The notes beneath the pieces were generated by a model that saw only the letters and a program-made list of their open reading frames with translations, did not search any database and was not told the origin of the DNA. From the sequence record OP744025: 64,000 nucleotides of DNA. The stretch is one strand, 5' to 3'. Source of the DNA: Escherichia phage A5-4. Position numbers and translations under genes: made by a program. This document shows, piece after piece, positions 46,018-55,116 of this stretch. Each line of letters begins with the position of its first letter. Position 1 is the first letter of the stretch.

Positions 46018-46624
46018 GTACTCCCTCCAAGGCTAAAGCCATTAAGAACTCACCATGTGTTGGTTCAAGAGGGTTTTCAAAATACTCTTCCATTCCGAAA
46101 CGATAAAGTGACATTGGGAAGTTTATACTACTAAACAAGCTGTTGTCAACATTATTTTTAAATTCCGGTGGGACGTTCGTATCAAATTCCCTAAAGAATT
46201 CAGATCGACTAGAGTTTATAAAAACCCTTAGAGCATTATCAAAAATTGGATTACCTTTTTGCTTAGTCAGATAAAGCAATTCTTTTAGCGAAGCCTTATC
46301 AGAAACAGACTTAAAAGAATATCCACTAATAATGATCTCGTCAAAACACATACCTCTAACTTTTTGCCAAAAAGACCACTGTGCAGAACTGATCGTCTGA
46401 ATGTGCATGTTCAGCTTAGACCGTTCATTAAACAGGTTTATATCGTAACCACTACGATCTTTCTGATAAGAACCAAACCCCAAGCTATTTGCAGTGTGCT
46501 TCAGTTTAGCAATGAAATCCCCCCTTTCGAGGGTATTCCAACAGATCACTAATTTCTTACTTTGGTAAAACTCTTCCGATTCGTATCGTTCAATAACCGT
46601 TTCGTTCAAGGTAGCATCTCCCAA
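45956..46624 (-). CDS. hypothetical protein
   Basis: ORF track; overlaps the neighbour so the true start may be internal. Confidence 0.45.
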   Translation of the reverse strand: MGDATLNETVIERYESEEFYQSKKLVICWNTLERGDFIAKLKHTANSLGFGSYQKDRSGYDINLFNERSKLNMHIQTISSAQWSFWQKVRGMCFDEIIISGYSFKSVSDKASLKELLYLTKQKGNPIFDNALRVFINSSRSEFFREFDTNVPPEFKNNVDNSLFSSINFPMSLYRFGMEEYFENPLEPTHGEFLMALALEGVHASTESEEAAVKEASIHSKG

Positions 46625-47168
46625 TTAAGTAGGCATCTGCAAGGTCTGTAGATCCACCGTTCTTACCCGTCTTTGAATATCCGGCTAAAAACCCAGGCTG
46701 CATCAACTCGCACACCTTCATCATCTGATCTTTATCCATTTTAATTTTTTCCATCTTTGTACCTTTTGCATTCATCACTTCTTGTTCTTCACCAGGTAAC
46801 TTACCTCGCGCCCAAGATTTAACGGATGTTGGTGCAATTGTGTGTATGTTGTCCATACTATACCCATCTCGAAGTAGTGTCAACTGAATACAGAAAAATA
46901 ATCCTGCAAGATCCCTTGTCGCATTACCAGCAGAGCCGAAACTCAAAGACTCCAATACGATCTTCTCAACATTAAAAGATTCACAAATATCTGCAATGTG
47001 TCTAGAGATGTATGCCATCTGCTCGACAGGGTTGTCAAATCGAATCTGCCAGTCCTTGGCATTTGCAGATCCGGTGGTTTTTAATACCTCTTTAAAGATC
47101 GGTTCATTACCGTCAAAAACTACACATGCACAAGAAGCCATACTCTGATCGATGGATAAAATTTTCAC
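46590..47168 (-). CDS. RuvC-like Holliday junction resolvase (RNase H fold)
   Basis: N-terminal KILSIDQS, KIVLESLSFGS and C-terminal DLADAYLIG fit the RuvC catalytic pattern. Confidence 0.5.
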   Translation of the reverse strand: MKILSIDQSMASCACVVFDGNEPIFKEVLKTTGSANAKDWQIRFDNPVEQMAYISRHIADICESFNVEKIVLESLSFGSAGNATRDLAGLFFCIQLTLLRDGYSMDNIHTIAPTSVKSWARGKLPGEEQEVMNAKGTKMEKIKMDKDQMMKVCELMQPGFLAGYSKTGKNGGSTDLADAYLIGRCYLERNGY

Positions 47169-47476
47169 GCTGATTCCCCTTCTTCGGTATTATCAAGATA
47201 ATGATACTGGTCGATTAAGAACACATAGTTCTTTACTTCTCCGTCCATGTAAACCATAAAAGTTACATATTTCTCATCATAGAACGGATCACCAACAACA
47301 TAGATCTGGCAGATAGAATCAACACGTTTGTCAAACCACTGGATTCGCCAAGGCTCCTCAATCATAGTCCAAGGTTCTTCAATCTTGTAGACCTGGCGCT
47401 TTGCGCCAGGAACGAGTGCTGCACGAATTTCGTCAGCGATCATAACATCATCAAAACTCTCAGAAAAACCCGACAT
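47165..47476 (-). CDS. hypothetical protein
   Basis: ORF track. Confidence 0.5.
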   Translation of the reverse strand: MSGFSESFDDVMIADEIRAALVPGAKRQVYKIEEPWTMIEEPWRIQWFDKRVDSICQIYVVGDPFYDEKYVTFMVYMDGEVKNYVFLIDQYHYLDNTEEGESA

Positions 47477-48585
47477 TAAATACCTACCCGTTTTAAAGTT
47501 GAGGCTAATGTTGTCTTATCATTTTCTGTACGCTTCATATAAACACACTGGAAAATGACAGAAGCCCACTGACCCGCCGAAAACTTACGATGATTCCCTA
47601 AGTGGTCTGTATATTCAACACCCTCAGGAAACCACTTCTTATACTGATCAATAATAGCTAACCACATACTCTTCTCGTCTGCACAAGGGGAGATGACCTG
47701 GAAAGCCGATGTTTCACCAAAGCGAAGACCCTCGAAGGTTTGATATGGTTTAACGTTATCCGCTGCATCACCAAATAGCATTTGGTAACCGAAGAATTTC
47801 TTACCCCAACCTTTTACCTTACCAGACTCCATCCAGATCTCACCCATAGAATCATCGATCAACCAAAGTTCAGGATGTTTCCATGTACGCTCTGTTGAGT
47901 CACGCATTGTGTTAAACAACAAAGAAGGAACCTGGACCTGATCCTTATCGAATGATGCCACAATATGACTAAACTTTCCAGTCTTCCGATAATTTAAATA
48001 TCCTTTATATCCAAGGATCGATAAATAATCATCTGCCTCAATACCATCCACAATGATCGCACCATACTTCTGCTGAACATATCGACGAGTCTCCCCAAGC
48101 AACAAAGGACGTAAAGTATCTTCACGGTTACCCTTATAGACCTCGGGGGTCGGGAGTGCAAGACGGAAGTTACCACTCCCACCTAAAACACCAAGCCCGT
48201 TTGCTGATCCTACGTGCTCAAGAATAGCATTGATCTTAATCTTCAATAAGTGAAGACAGTTCTCAACTGGTTCTGGAGTTTGCTTTTCAATGATCTCGAA
48301 ATCATCACGAGTCCACGGAGTAAATTCTTTTCCGCGAGCAACCGCTTTTGCTTCCATATTAATGTTTTGGTCTTTTAACCACCCACCAACAACATTCTTT
48401 TGGCGACCCCAGAACTCTGTTCGATTTTTAAACTCTTTCTCTCGGCCTGTTTCTTTGTGCCGAGCAATGATCGTTCGCTTCTCTGCACCTGCCGCAGCCA
48501 CGTATGCTGTCTGGTCAAGATCCAGAGCTACTACAACATTATCTTCTACAATGCCGGACCAATCTTTTACTTTAGGATATCCCAT
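47476..48585 (-). CDS. rnh: RNase H / flap endonuclease (T4 rnh-like 5'-3' exonuclease)
   Basis: VVALDLDQTAYVAAA and GIEADDYLSIL parallel T4 RNase H ICLIDFSQIALSTAL and YEADDHIAVL. Confidence 0.55.
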   Translation of the reverse strand: MGYPKVKDWSGIVEDNVVVALDLDQTAYVAAAGAEKRTIIARHKETGREKEFKNRTEFWGRQKNVVGGWLKDQNINMEAKAVARGKEFTPWTRDDFEIIEKQTPEPVENCLHLLKIKINAILEHVGSANGLGVLGGSGNFRLALPTPEVYKGNREDTLRPLLLGETRRYVQQKYGAIIVDGIEADDYLSILGYKGYLNYRKTGKFSHIVASFDKDQVQVPSLLFNTMRDSTERTWKHPELWLIDDSMGEIWMESGKVKGWGKKFFGYQMLFGDAADNVKPYQTFEGLRFGETSAFQVISPCADEKSMWLAIIDQYKKWFPEGVEYTDHLGNHRKFSAGQWASVIFQCVYMKRTENDKTTLASTLKRVGI

Positions 48586-49079
48586 TATAACTCCTTACCG
48601 TGATTTTCATGAAAGCCGTATTTAATCTCTGCTGCTTTTCTTGCAGCAATTGCATCCTCTTTATCTTCGAAGCGTCCTAGGTATACTCTAACACGATTTA
48701 CAGTTATAGATGCAAGCCATTTTTGCTCTTTTTCCCTCCACATGACCCCTGTGTATCCACTTTTATTACGAGAACTCTTCTTGTTGTTTCTCATATTGTC
48801 TATCTGAGATACCATACGAAGATTACTCATCCTGTTATCCCAAGGTACGTGGTTTATATGGTCAATTACCTTATTGTCCGGTATTTCTCCATTGTTAATT
48901 TCCCACGCTACACGATGACCGAGATGAAGAACGCCATCTAACCATATGTGTATATAACCCCTTTTCTTATTTCTTTTTCCTGCAACGTCACCAGGATAAA
49001 TACCATTATGTCTTCTAACTTTCCAGTACATAACCCCAGTTTCTTGATCGTAAATAAGATAATCATGCCAATTTACCAT
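48585..49079 (-). CDS. HNH homing endonuclease with AP2 DNA-binding domain
   Basis: HNH motif HLGHRVAWE...IDHINHVPWDNRMSNLR; AP2-like GYTGVMWREKEQKWLASITVNRVRVYLGRFEDKEDA. Confidence 0.7.
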   Translation of the reverse strand: MVNWHDYLIYDQETGVMYWKVRRHNGIYPGDVAGKRNKKRGYIHIWLDGVLHLGHRVAWEINNGEIPDNKVIDHINHVPWDNRMSNLRMVSQIDNMRNNKKSSRNKSGYTGVMWREKEQKWLASITVNRVRVYLGRFEDKEDAIAARKAAEIKYGFHENHGKEL

Positions 49080-49582
49080 CAGAAAGCCTCGCCGTAATCT
49101 TCGTCTTCTTTAACTTCTTTTACTGGTCGCTTGAATTTGAAATCTTTACCCATATATTCATACAAATAATCAATATTCAAAGACCATTCTTGCTTACTTC
49201 TTTGTCGCCACAATGCCGCAGCTTGCATAATGTATTCTTCAGCAGCCTTCTTGTCAACACCGTTAACTTTCATAAAGTGTCGTATTGCACGAGCCATGTT
49301 ACCAGTTGCTTGAGCACGACCGATGTGTTTTACTTCATGGCAAGGAGGGCATAAAGCAATCACGCCTCGTAACACAACTTCACTATTAACAAAGTCCCAC
49401 ACTTCGTGGGCCTCTACCGGATGCTTACGACCGTTCCCGCCTTTTCCACCACAAACTTCACAAGTGTAGTTGGCCTCTTGATAACATTTACGACGAACTT
49501 TGTCCCATCCCGCTTGGGTAAGGTAAGATCGAAGGTTGTTGTCCCAAGCTGTGCTTGGGATTAATTCGATAGTTAATTTCAT
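49079..49582 (-). CDS. zinc-binding HNH-like nuclease (tentative)
   Basis: Cys/His pattern CEVCGGKG...HPVEAHEVW...CPPCHEVKH. Confidence 0.35.
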   Translation of the reverse strand: MKLTIELIPSTAWDNNLRSYLTQAGWDKVRRKCYQEANYTCEVCGGKGGNGRKHPVEAHEVWDFVNSEVVLRGVIALCPPCHEVKHIGRAQATGNMARAIRHFMKVNGVDKKAAEEYIMQAAALWRQRSKQEWSLNIDYLYEYMGKDFKFKRPVKEVKEDEDYGEAF

Positions 49583-50134
49583 TTAGTATGCCTCACATTT
49601 ACCAATCATATTCATAGCTTCAGAAACATCGATAATCATATCGGTTGCTTCGTCCCAAGCTTTCCCCAAGAGATTCTCACCATACCAGAAACTTTCATCA
49701 TCTACCATAGGGTGATTCTCATCCATACCGATCCCCCATATACGATCTCTCGGAGAAGCCTCTACAAACTTTAAACCCTTTTTACGGTAACCTACCGCAA
49801 GTTCACGGAGATTACCATTATCACACATACGACTATACACTAAACGGGTTACAATGTTAAATTTATTTTCATCCCAAACTGCCTGATCAAAATCCTTAAC
49901 TTTACGACCTAGCCTTTTAGCACCTTGTGGAGTTACAGATTTAAGGATTCTTTCCGCTGAAGCTTTGTCACCGAAAAGCATAGCCTTTTCATACATCATG
50001 TAATGCTCACCTGTGTGGAAATAAACCCCTTTCATCTTCTGGTCGAAGTTTGAAAACGGAGAGATCTCCTGGTAATGATTACTAAAAACATCACGAAAAG
50101 AATAAAAGAACACATGTTTATCAGTGACTCGCAT
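49583..50134 (-). CDS. NADAR-domain (YbiA-like) protein
   Basis: Motifs FFYSF, FSNF, GEHYMMYEKAMLF, LGRKVKDFD, WGIGMDENHP typical of NADAR/DUF1768; start set at internal Met. Confidence 0.6.
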   Translation of the reverse strand: MRVTDKHVFFYSFRDVFSNHYQEISPFSNFDQKMKGVYFHTGEHYMMYEKAMLFGDKASAERILKSVTPQGAKRLGRKVKDFDQAVWDENKFNIVTRLVYSRMCDNGNLRELAVGYRKKGLKFVEASPRDRIWGIGMDENHPMVDDESFWYGENLLGKAWDEATDMIIDVSEAMNMIGKCEAY

Positions 50135-50270
50135 AAAAACTCCTATAGATCTAATGCAGATATTGAAATCAAGAATAGCACTACCGAAAGTAATCCGTCC
50201 GGCGTACTGAAAAATCCAATCCAGCACGCCCTTGTGAACAGGTAGAATGCCAGTATTAAAACGATAACCC

Positions 50271-50507
50271 CTAAGAATGTTTCGATTTTTCTAACTCCCG
50301 AGCCATAATCTTCGTAATGTCAGCAAACGCAACATAAGCATGTTTGTAACAACCTACATCAACATTGAGAGACTTGATCTCCTCTTCTAATGAATTTATT
50401 ACATGAAGTGTTTGACGAATAAGATCAACATCCTTAGTCGTTACATTAGGAGAATCCGTCATCAACTTAAGCCTTTCTTTAATCGTTTCGATATCTTGAT
50501 TATACAT
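50271..50507 (-). CDS. hypothetical protein
   Basis: Internal Met of track ORF 50271..50663 with RBS ggag. Confidence 0.45.
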   Translation of the reverse strand: MYNQDIETIKERLKLMTDSPNVTTKDVDLIRQTLHVINSLEEEIKSLNVDVGCYKHAYVAFADITKIMARELEKSKHS

Positions 50508-50832
50508 TAACAATCTCCAGTAAAGATCCAGGAATTGAAACAGAACAGTTTTCTGCCATCGGGAATTTAGCAATCCAATCTGAAAGGCTGCAATAGGCAG
50601 ACCAATCAAAGTCTTCGTCGAAAACGACAATATTATTAAATTCCACACCATCAAGATTAACAATCTTTTTAATAATCAGGTCTTCGATCTGACTTGCCTT
50701 AAAAAGACCACAGATTTTGGATGGCAAGTTAAGTCCCCACCGTTCACGAAATTCAGAATCTTCAAACTTGAAGAAACCAACTGCCTTTGCCAAGTCTGCT
50801 GCACGGACCTCTAAAATAACCAATTTACTCAT
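50500..50832 (-). CDS. hypothetical protein
   Basis: ORF track. Confidence 0.5.
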   Translation of the reverse strand: MSKLVILEVRAADLAKAVGFFKFEDSEFRERWGLNLPSKICGLFKASQIEDLIIKKIVNLDGVEFNNIVVFDEDFDWSAYCSLSDWIAKFPMAENCSVSIPGSLLEIVNV

Positions 50833-51081
50833 TTAATTTCCTCCTCGATCTGTGTAGTGCTGTATAATCTCATTTAAACATTTACCTGTCAACGAAAATT
50901 TCTTAGCTACATAACACTCAGCAATGTGTTCTTTCAAATCCTTAGAGTCTGTGTAGCCCATCTCTACAATGAAGTTACGAATCTTAGCCTTATCTTTATC
51001 ATTTAAAGAATTAAAATAATCACTTTTAGAATTAATTATCCTCATTTTCAAGTTTCCTGATCTGATAGTAAAGAGAGTCAA
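50833..51081 (-). CDS. hypothetical protein
   Basis: ORF track. Confidence 0.5.
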   Translation of the reverse strand: MTLFTIRSGNLKMRIINSKSDYFNSLNDKDKAKIRNFIVEMGYTDSKDLKEHIAECYVAKKFSLTGKCLNEIIQHYTDRGGN

Positions 51082-51304
51082 TGATCTCTTCGTTGGCCTT
51101 AATGTACATATCCCGTAAGAAAGGTTTCAACCCATCACGCAAAATATTTCCATCACAAGCATCGTTCAGGTATGGATGACCTAGAGCCTCCCAAGCAGGC
51201 TGATTAGTATACGTACCCCAACCCTCTTTCATCATCTGGTTAAGATGCTCGATTTGTTTTATCTTAAGCTGTAAAGCTTCAATAGTAAGCTGTTTAATGT
51301 TCAT
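51032..51304 (-). CDS. hypothetical protein
   Basis: ORF track; overlap suggests the true start may be internal. Confidence 0.45.
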   Translation of the reverse strand: MNIKQLTIEALQLKIKQIEHLNQMMKEGWGTYTNQPAWEALGHPYLNDACDGNILRDGLKPFLRDMYIKANEEIIDSLYYQIRKLENEDN

Positions 51305-51768
51305 CAGTAAAGGTCCTCCGAGTAAAGTTCTTTCTCACTTCCACCACGTTCGATACGTACCTGTCCGGCATAAGTTGCAATAACCATTGCTTCTTCACGA
51401 GTCCAGTAATTTGAATATTGATCAATAAAGCCTTGGTCGTCACCACAGACTTGTTGTGAAACTAATTGGGGACCCACCACATCAAGCACTTCAGCCATAT
51501 CTTTAGAGTAATGACGAGCACCAGGAATAACCAGAGTTCCACCACCCTTCAATTTAAACCGATTAGCAGCACATACAATAGTACGTTGAACTTTTTGATC
51601 ATTATTCCAATGACATGTTTGCCAACAGATCTCAGGAATATCGTCCATCATATCTTCGAAAGAGTAATCAGCATTTCCGTATGACTGTAGTTTTTCAAAC
51701 AAACTCTCTGGAGTTTCACGAGACAAAGCTTTATCCAATAATTCCAGGCGTTCTTTAAAAGTTTTCAA
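51304..51768 (-). CDS. hypothetical protein
   Basis: ORF track. Confidence 0.55.
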   Translation of the reverse strand: MKTFKERLELLDKALSRETPESLFEKLQSYGNADYSFEDMMDDIPEICWQTCHWNNDQKVQRTIVCAANRFKLKGGGTLVIPGARHYSKDMAEVLDVVGPQLVSQQVCGDDQGFIDQYSNYWTREEAMVIATYAGQVRIERGGSEKELYSEDLY

Positions 51769-51772
51769 TTGA

Positions 51773-51961
51773 TCACCACTCTGTAGTAGAATCTTGCTTG
51801 GTCATTTCACGAAGAATAAGTGCTCCAACATTTTCAAGAAGTGTTACGAGAGAGTCAACTTCAGGTAACTTAATACTCTTAGATTCTTTACTCATCCCAT
51901 CACGAACTGACGAAATTTGCATAAACACGGCGATCATTTCTTTTGTAAGCTTAATATTCAT
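51773..51961 (-). CDS. hypothetical protein
   Basis: ORF track. Confidence 0.45.
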   Translation of the reverse strand: MNIKLTKEMIAVFMQISSVRDGMSKESKSIKLPEVDSLVTLLENVGALILREMTKQDSTTEW

Positions 51962-52036
51962 TTTATCCTCTTTAGTTAGTAGATGAATCGTTGATCATGG
52001 TTGTGGCCCAAGTTGAACAATCTGAAGTAATTTATA

Positions 52037-52258
52037 TCAATTTCTCTTGATGTGTTTACTAGGACAGGCTCCCGCACCGTCTTTATATACCACAGCAGAC
52101 GATCGACCGTTGCTATAAACGCAGACAGTTTGGCTACCGTCGCGGTATGAATCTTCTAAGTCTAACGTCTGACTGGCGTGAGCCTCGGGGAAGTTCAGTA
52201 CACTCGTAATTAGGCAACCGAGTGCAAAACCCATAACCAGTGCTCTATTTTTGCTCAT
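52037..52258 (-). CDS. small secreted protein (signal peptide)
   Basis: N-terminal MSKNRALVMGFALGCLITSVLNFPEAHA looks like a cleavable signal peptide. Confidence 0.5.
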   Translation of the reverse strand: MSKNRALVMGFALGCLITSVLNFPEAHASQTLDLEDSYRDGSQTVCVYSNGRSSAVVYKDGAGACPSKHIKRN

Positions 52259-52337
52259 CGTTTCATATCCTCTTCGTTGGTTGATATAAGGATTATACAG
52301 GATTTGTGGTGGGTGTCAACAGGCAGATAAAGAAAAA

Positions 52338-52353
52338 CCGCCCCTAAGGGCGG
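52338..52353 (-). terminator. intrinsic terminator (ccgccc ctaa gggcgg)
   Basis: Variant of the recurrent terminator hairpin, downstream of the stop of gene 52365..52607. Confidence 0.6.
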
Positions 52354-52364
52354 CTTAAAAATTT

Positions 52365-52607
52365 TTACCAATTCGCATAACCATCTTGTTCATCAGTATC
52401 ACGATCTACGATTCGTGGCTTTGGAGTAAGATCCATATGAGCAAGAGGCGTACCTTCTGGAATATCATTCAGTGAATATTCAACATTAACCAGTTGACCT
52501 GTGAGTTCATCCATCTTTTGGGAGATATACGCTGCAACTGATCGGCCTTCCAGAGTAGCCAGGTATTTCAGTTTTTCGTAAGTCGCGTCATTAAAATTAA
52601 TATTCAT
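52365..52607 (-). CDS. hypothetical protein, possible ribbon-helix-helix DNA binder
   Basis: N-terminal ATYEKLKYLATLEGRSVAAYISQ resembles an RHH beta-strand/helix. Confidence 0.4.
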   Translation of the reverse strand: MNINFNDATYEKLKYLATLEGRSVAAYISQKMDELTGQLVNVEYSLNDIPEGTPLAHMDLTPKPRIVDRDTDEQDGYANW

Positions 52608-52669
52608 ATTTGTATCTCCTTTTTGTATTTTTCATTATAAGGGCCACACTAACGTGGCCCGATCGTTAC

Positions 52670-52891
52670 TTAAGCTACCAGTTCTAAATCTTCAGCTTCT
52701 GCGTAGAAACCATCGACGATAACACCGTCCTGACGTGTGAATGCAACAATAACATCTTTACATTCTTCATCAACGAATTCAACAACACCTGTATCTCCAA
52801 CTTGAACACCTGACAAACTGTAGCGATCCTCATAATTACCCAGTGGATTGAACTTAACTGTCTGACCTGGATTAACTTCTTTGATATTCAC
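52670..52891 (-). CDS. hypothetical protein
   Basis: ORF track. Confidence 0.5.
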   Translation of the reverse strand: MNIKEVNPGQTVKFNPLGNYEDRYSLSGVQVGDTGVVEFVDEECKDVIVAFTRQDGVIVDGFYAEAEDLELVA

Positions 52892-52931
52892 AGAATTTCT
52901 CCTTATACAAATTTAAGATATTAACTTTATA

Positions 52932-53243
52932 TTATTCTTCACCAACTTCACGGCCCATCAAGATATCAAGTTCGTTCAGTTGTTCAATCTGGCTTTCAAG
53001 CGCTGCACGTTTCTTCTCTGCTGCATCTTGCTTATCGTATTCACCGTTGATCAGGGTACGTAGGAATTTAGGGTCGATGTTCAGGTCTTCTTTAGTGATC
53101 GCCAGGATGCTTTTCAGATCTTCAGCAGCATCTTTCTGACGACGAACAGCTTCAACACCTTCCTGAACAATGTTAGCCAGACGCTTACGAACTTCCAGGT
53201 CAGAAGGCAGGGTAGTGATCAGGTCAGTTTTAGATTTAGCCAT
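52932..53243 (-). CDS. hypothetical protein
   Basis: Internal Met of track ORF 52932..53315 with strong RBS aagaggag. Confidence 0.5.
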   Translation of the reverse strand: MAKSKTDLITTLPSDLEVRKRLANIVQEGVEAVRRQKDAAEDLKSILAITKEDLNIDPKFLRTLINGEYDKQDAAEKKRAALESQIEQLNELDILMGREVGEE

Positions 53244-53328
53244 TTTGTATTTCTCCTCTTTAATGTTTAAATAGTAAGTTAACTTCTTTGCTTCGATGCG
53301 GTAAGAATACCCCATTCAATATCTTATG

Positions 53329-53673
53329 TCAAGCAGGATTTTTAAGTTCTTTAAAAACAACCTGGAAGACTGGGATTTCATCACTGATCTCTGACACAAG
53401 CAGAGCTACAGTTTCACAAGGTAAAGTACACGTTGCAAATGTTTCATAACCCGTATGGATCTTCAAGGTTAAATTACCTTTTAGTCCAATTTGGAACTGA
53501 CGGACAAAAGGACTTAATGCACTGACATAGATCTCATGATAACCGTTTGGACGACGAGCATATTTTTTACCACTCGCAAGACCTGTAATAACTAAACCAT
53601 CAAAAGAAATTTTAGTCTGAGAACCATCATACACAGGTAAGCCAGGTTTTTCAACATCTTTTTCTTGATTCAT
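53329..53673 (-). CDS. hypothetical protein
   Basis: ORF track. Confidence 0.5.
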   Translation of the reverse strand: MNQEKDVEKPGLPVYDGSQTKISFDGLVITGLASGKKYARRPNGYHEIYVSALSPFVRQFQIGLKGNLTLKIHTGYETFATCTLPCETVALLVSEISDEIPVFQVVFKELKNPA

Positions 53674-53681
53674 AATTCCCC

Positions 53682-53858
53682 CTATCGTACAAACATTTTA
53701 CCCTGGTCACAATAACCGTTTTTAATTCCTCGTGGAGCAGACAAACATTTTACTGCAATCTCTCCACACTTGCAAGGAGCATTTTCACGTTCTGCAATCT
53801 TTCGGTTCTGATCGAAAACTTCACCACATTTTTCACATTTGTAAGAATACAACGGCAT
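53682..53858 (-). CDS. zinc-ribbon protein (FmdB-like)
   Basis: Hand-translated MPLYSYKCEKCGEVFDQ...PCKCGE; CxxC...CxC pattern. Confidence 0.45.
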   Translation of the reverse strand: MPLYSYKCEKCGEVFDQNRKIAERENAPCKCGEIAVKCLSAPRGIKNGYCDQGKMFVR

Positions 53859-53861
53859 TAA

Positions 53862-54599
53862 TTACATACCCTCCAGGTTTGCTTCAAAATAAGTGATTGG
53901 CTTCATGATCTTGCCATTCTTATCTTTAAATACTACACGATCCATACCATCACCACCTTTTACGATGCTTCCCTTTACACCTTGATAACGGTTACGGTTA
54001 CGCAGTTCAATCTGTTCAGCTTCCAAACGCAACATGGCATCAAGATCAAAATCAGCTTCTGCAAAAAAGTAATACGTCTTGTAGAAACATTCCGTAAATT
54101 CTTTCACGGTTGGGATCTTTGAATCATTTGAATCCAAAACCTCATTTAAAGCACGACGAGCATTGAAGTTGGAGTTCTGCATGATTGCAACAACCGCCAT
54201 AACGATCCCGTTTGTATTGTCACTCTCGATAAATTGATCAAGAGTTCGATAAAGCGAAGTCAGATTATACGTACCCATATTGTCAGCAGGGCAGATGTTT
54301 TCAGAACCACCTTTTAGGAAGTTGTAATATGATCCAACTACAAACAAGTCGCAAAGTGCATCTATGATTTCCTTACGATTCTTTTTAGTTAAACCAAGAT
54401 CATAAAGTTCATTGTACTCTTCCATAACAAGAGTTTTTTGGAATTTTGAAATATCTTCAGAGAAGTCATGAAAACCACGAGCAACAAAATTCCAATTTTT
54501 TACTCGCTCTGCTGCTTCCCGAAAGAAGCTATTGCCCTTAACATCAATCATCTCGGAAATAAAGGTTTTTTGATCAGTACTCAATTCATTGTATTTCAA
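53862..54599 (-). CDS. hypothetical protein
   Basis: ORF track. Confidence 0.55.
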   Translation of the reverse strand: MKYNELSTDQKTFISEMIDVKGNSFFREAAERVKNWNFVARGFHDFSEDISKFQKTLVMEEYNELYDLGLTKKNRKEIIDALCDLFVVGSYYNFLKGGSENICPADNMGTYNLTSLYRTLDQFIESDNTNGIVMAVVAIMQNSNFNARRALNEVLDSNDSKIPTVKEFTECFYKTYYFFAEADFDLDAMLRLEAEQIELRNRNRYQGVKGSIVKGGDGMDRVVFKDKNGKIMKPITYFEANLEGM

Positions 54600-54652
54600 T
54601 TTAATCTCCTTTCGTTTAACTTGGGGCCATTATACATGACCCCTTATCATTG

Positions 54653-55114
54653 TCAACAGTCTTTATAAGTTTCTAGTGCAACTTTACGTGCTTCATCCTT
54701 TTCAATCTCAAACTTAGATCGCTTGTCCTTTCTTGAAGCCTTGTTACGGCGTTTAATGATCCGACGGCAAGCATGATAAAGGCGTGTACCTTCGTAATCA
54801 TTCATCCAGAACAGATCGCCATTTACAAAAAGGCTGTCGGAGAAAATACCACAAACCTTTTCAATGTAAGTAACCTTGCCTGTGACCGTATCAACAATTG
54901 TATAATCAACATACCAAAGATCATCATTATCCTCGCATGGGTCTTCATGACCTTCAGGAACAAAAACTCCAGAATGTATCTCAAACCGAGGAGATCCTTT
55001 ACGAATCAACTTCAAGATCTTACCTGCTGGCTTACGAGTCATCAGCACAGGAGCGCCCAAAATTAAAGAAAGGTAAAGCGCAATCCCCACAACAGCGATA
55101 ATTAAAGCTTCCAC
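54653..55114 (-). CDS. hypothetical protein with N-terminal TM anchor
   Basis: N-terminal MEALIIAVVGIALYLSLILGAPVL. Confidence 0.55.
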   Translation of the reverse strand: MEALIIAVVGIALYLSLILGAPVLMTRKPAGKILKLIRKGSPRFEIHSGVFVPEGHEDPCEDNDDLWYVDYTIVDTVTGKVTYIEKVCGIFSDSLFVNGDLFWMNDYEGTRLYHACRRIIKRRNKASRKDKRSKFEIEKDEARKVALETYKDC

Positions 55115-55116
55115 TA

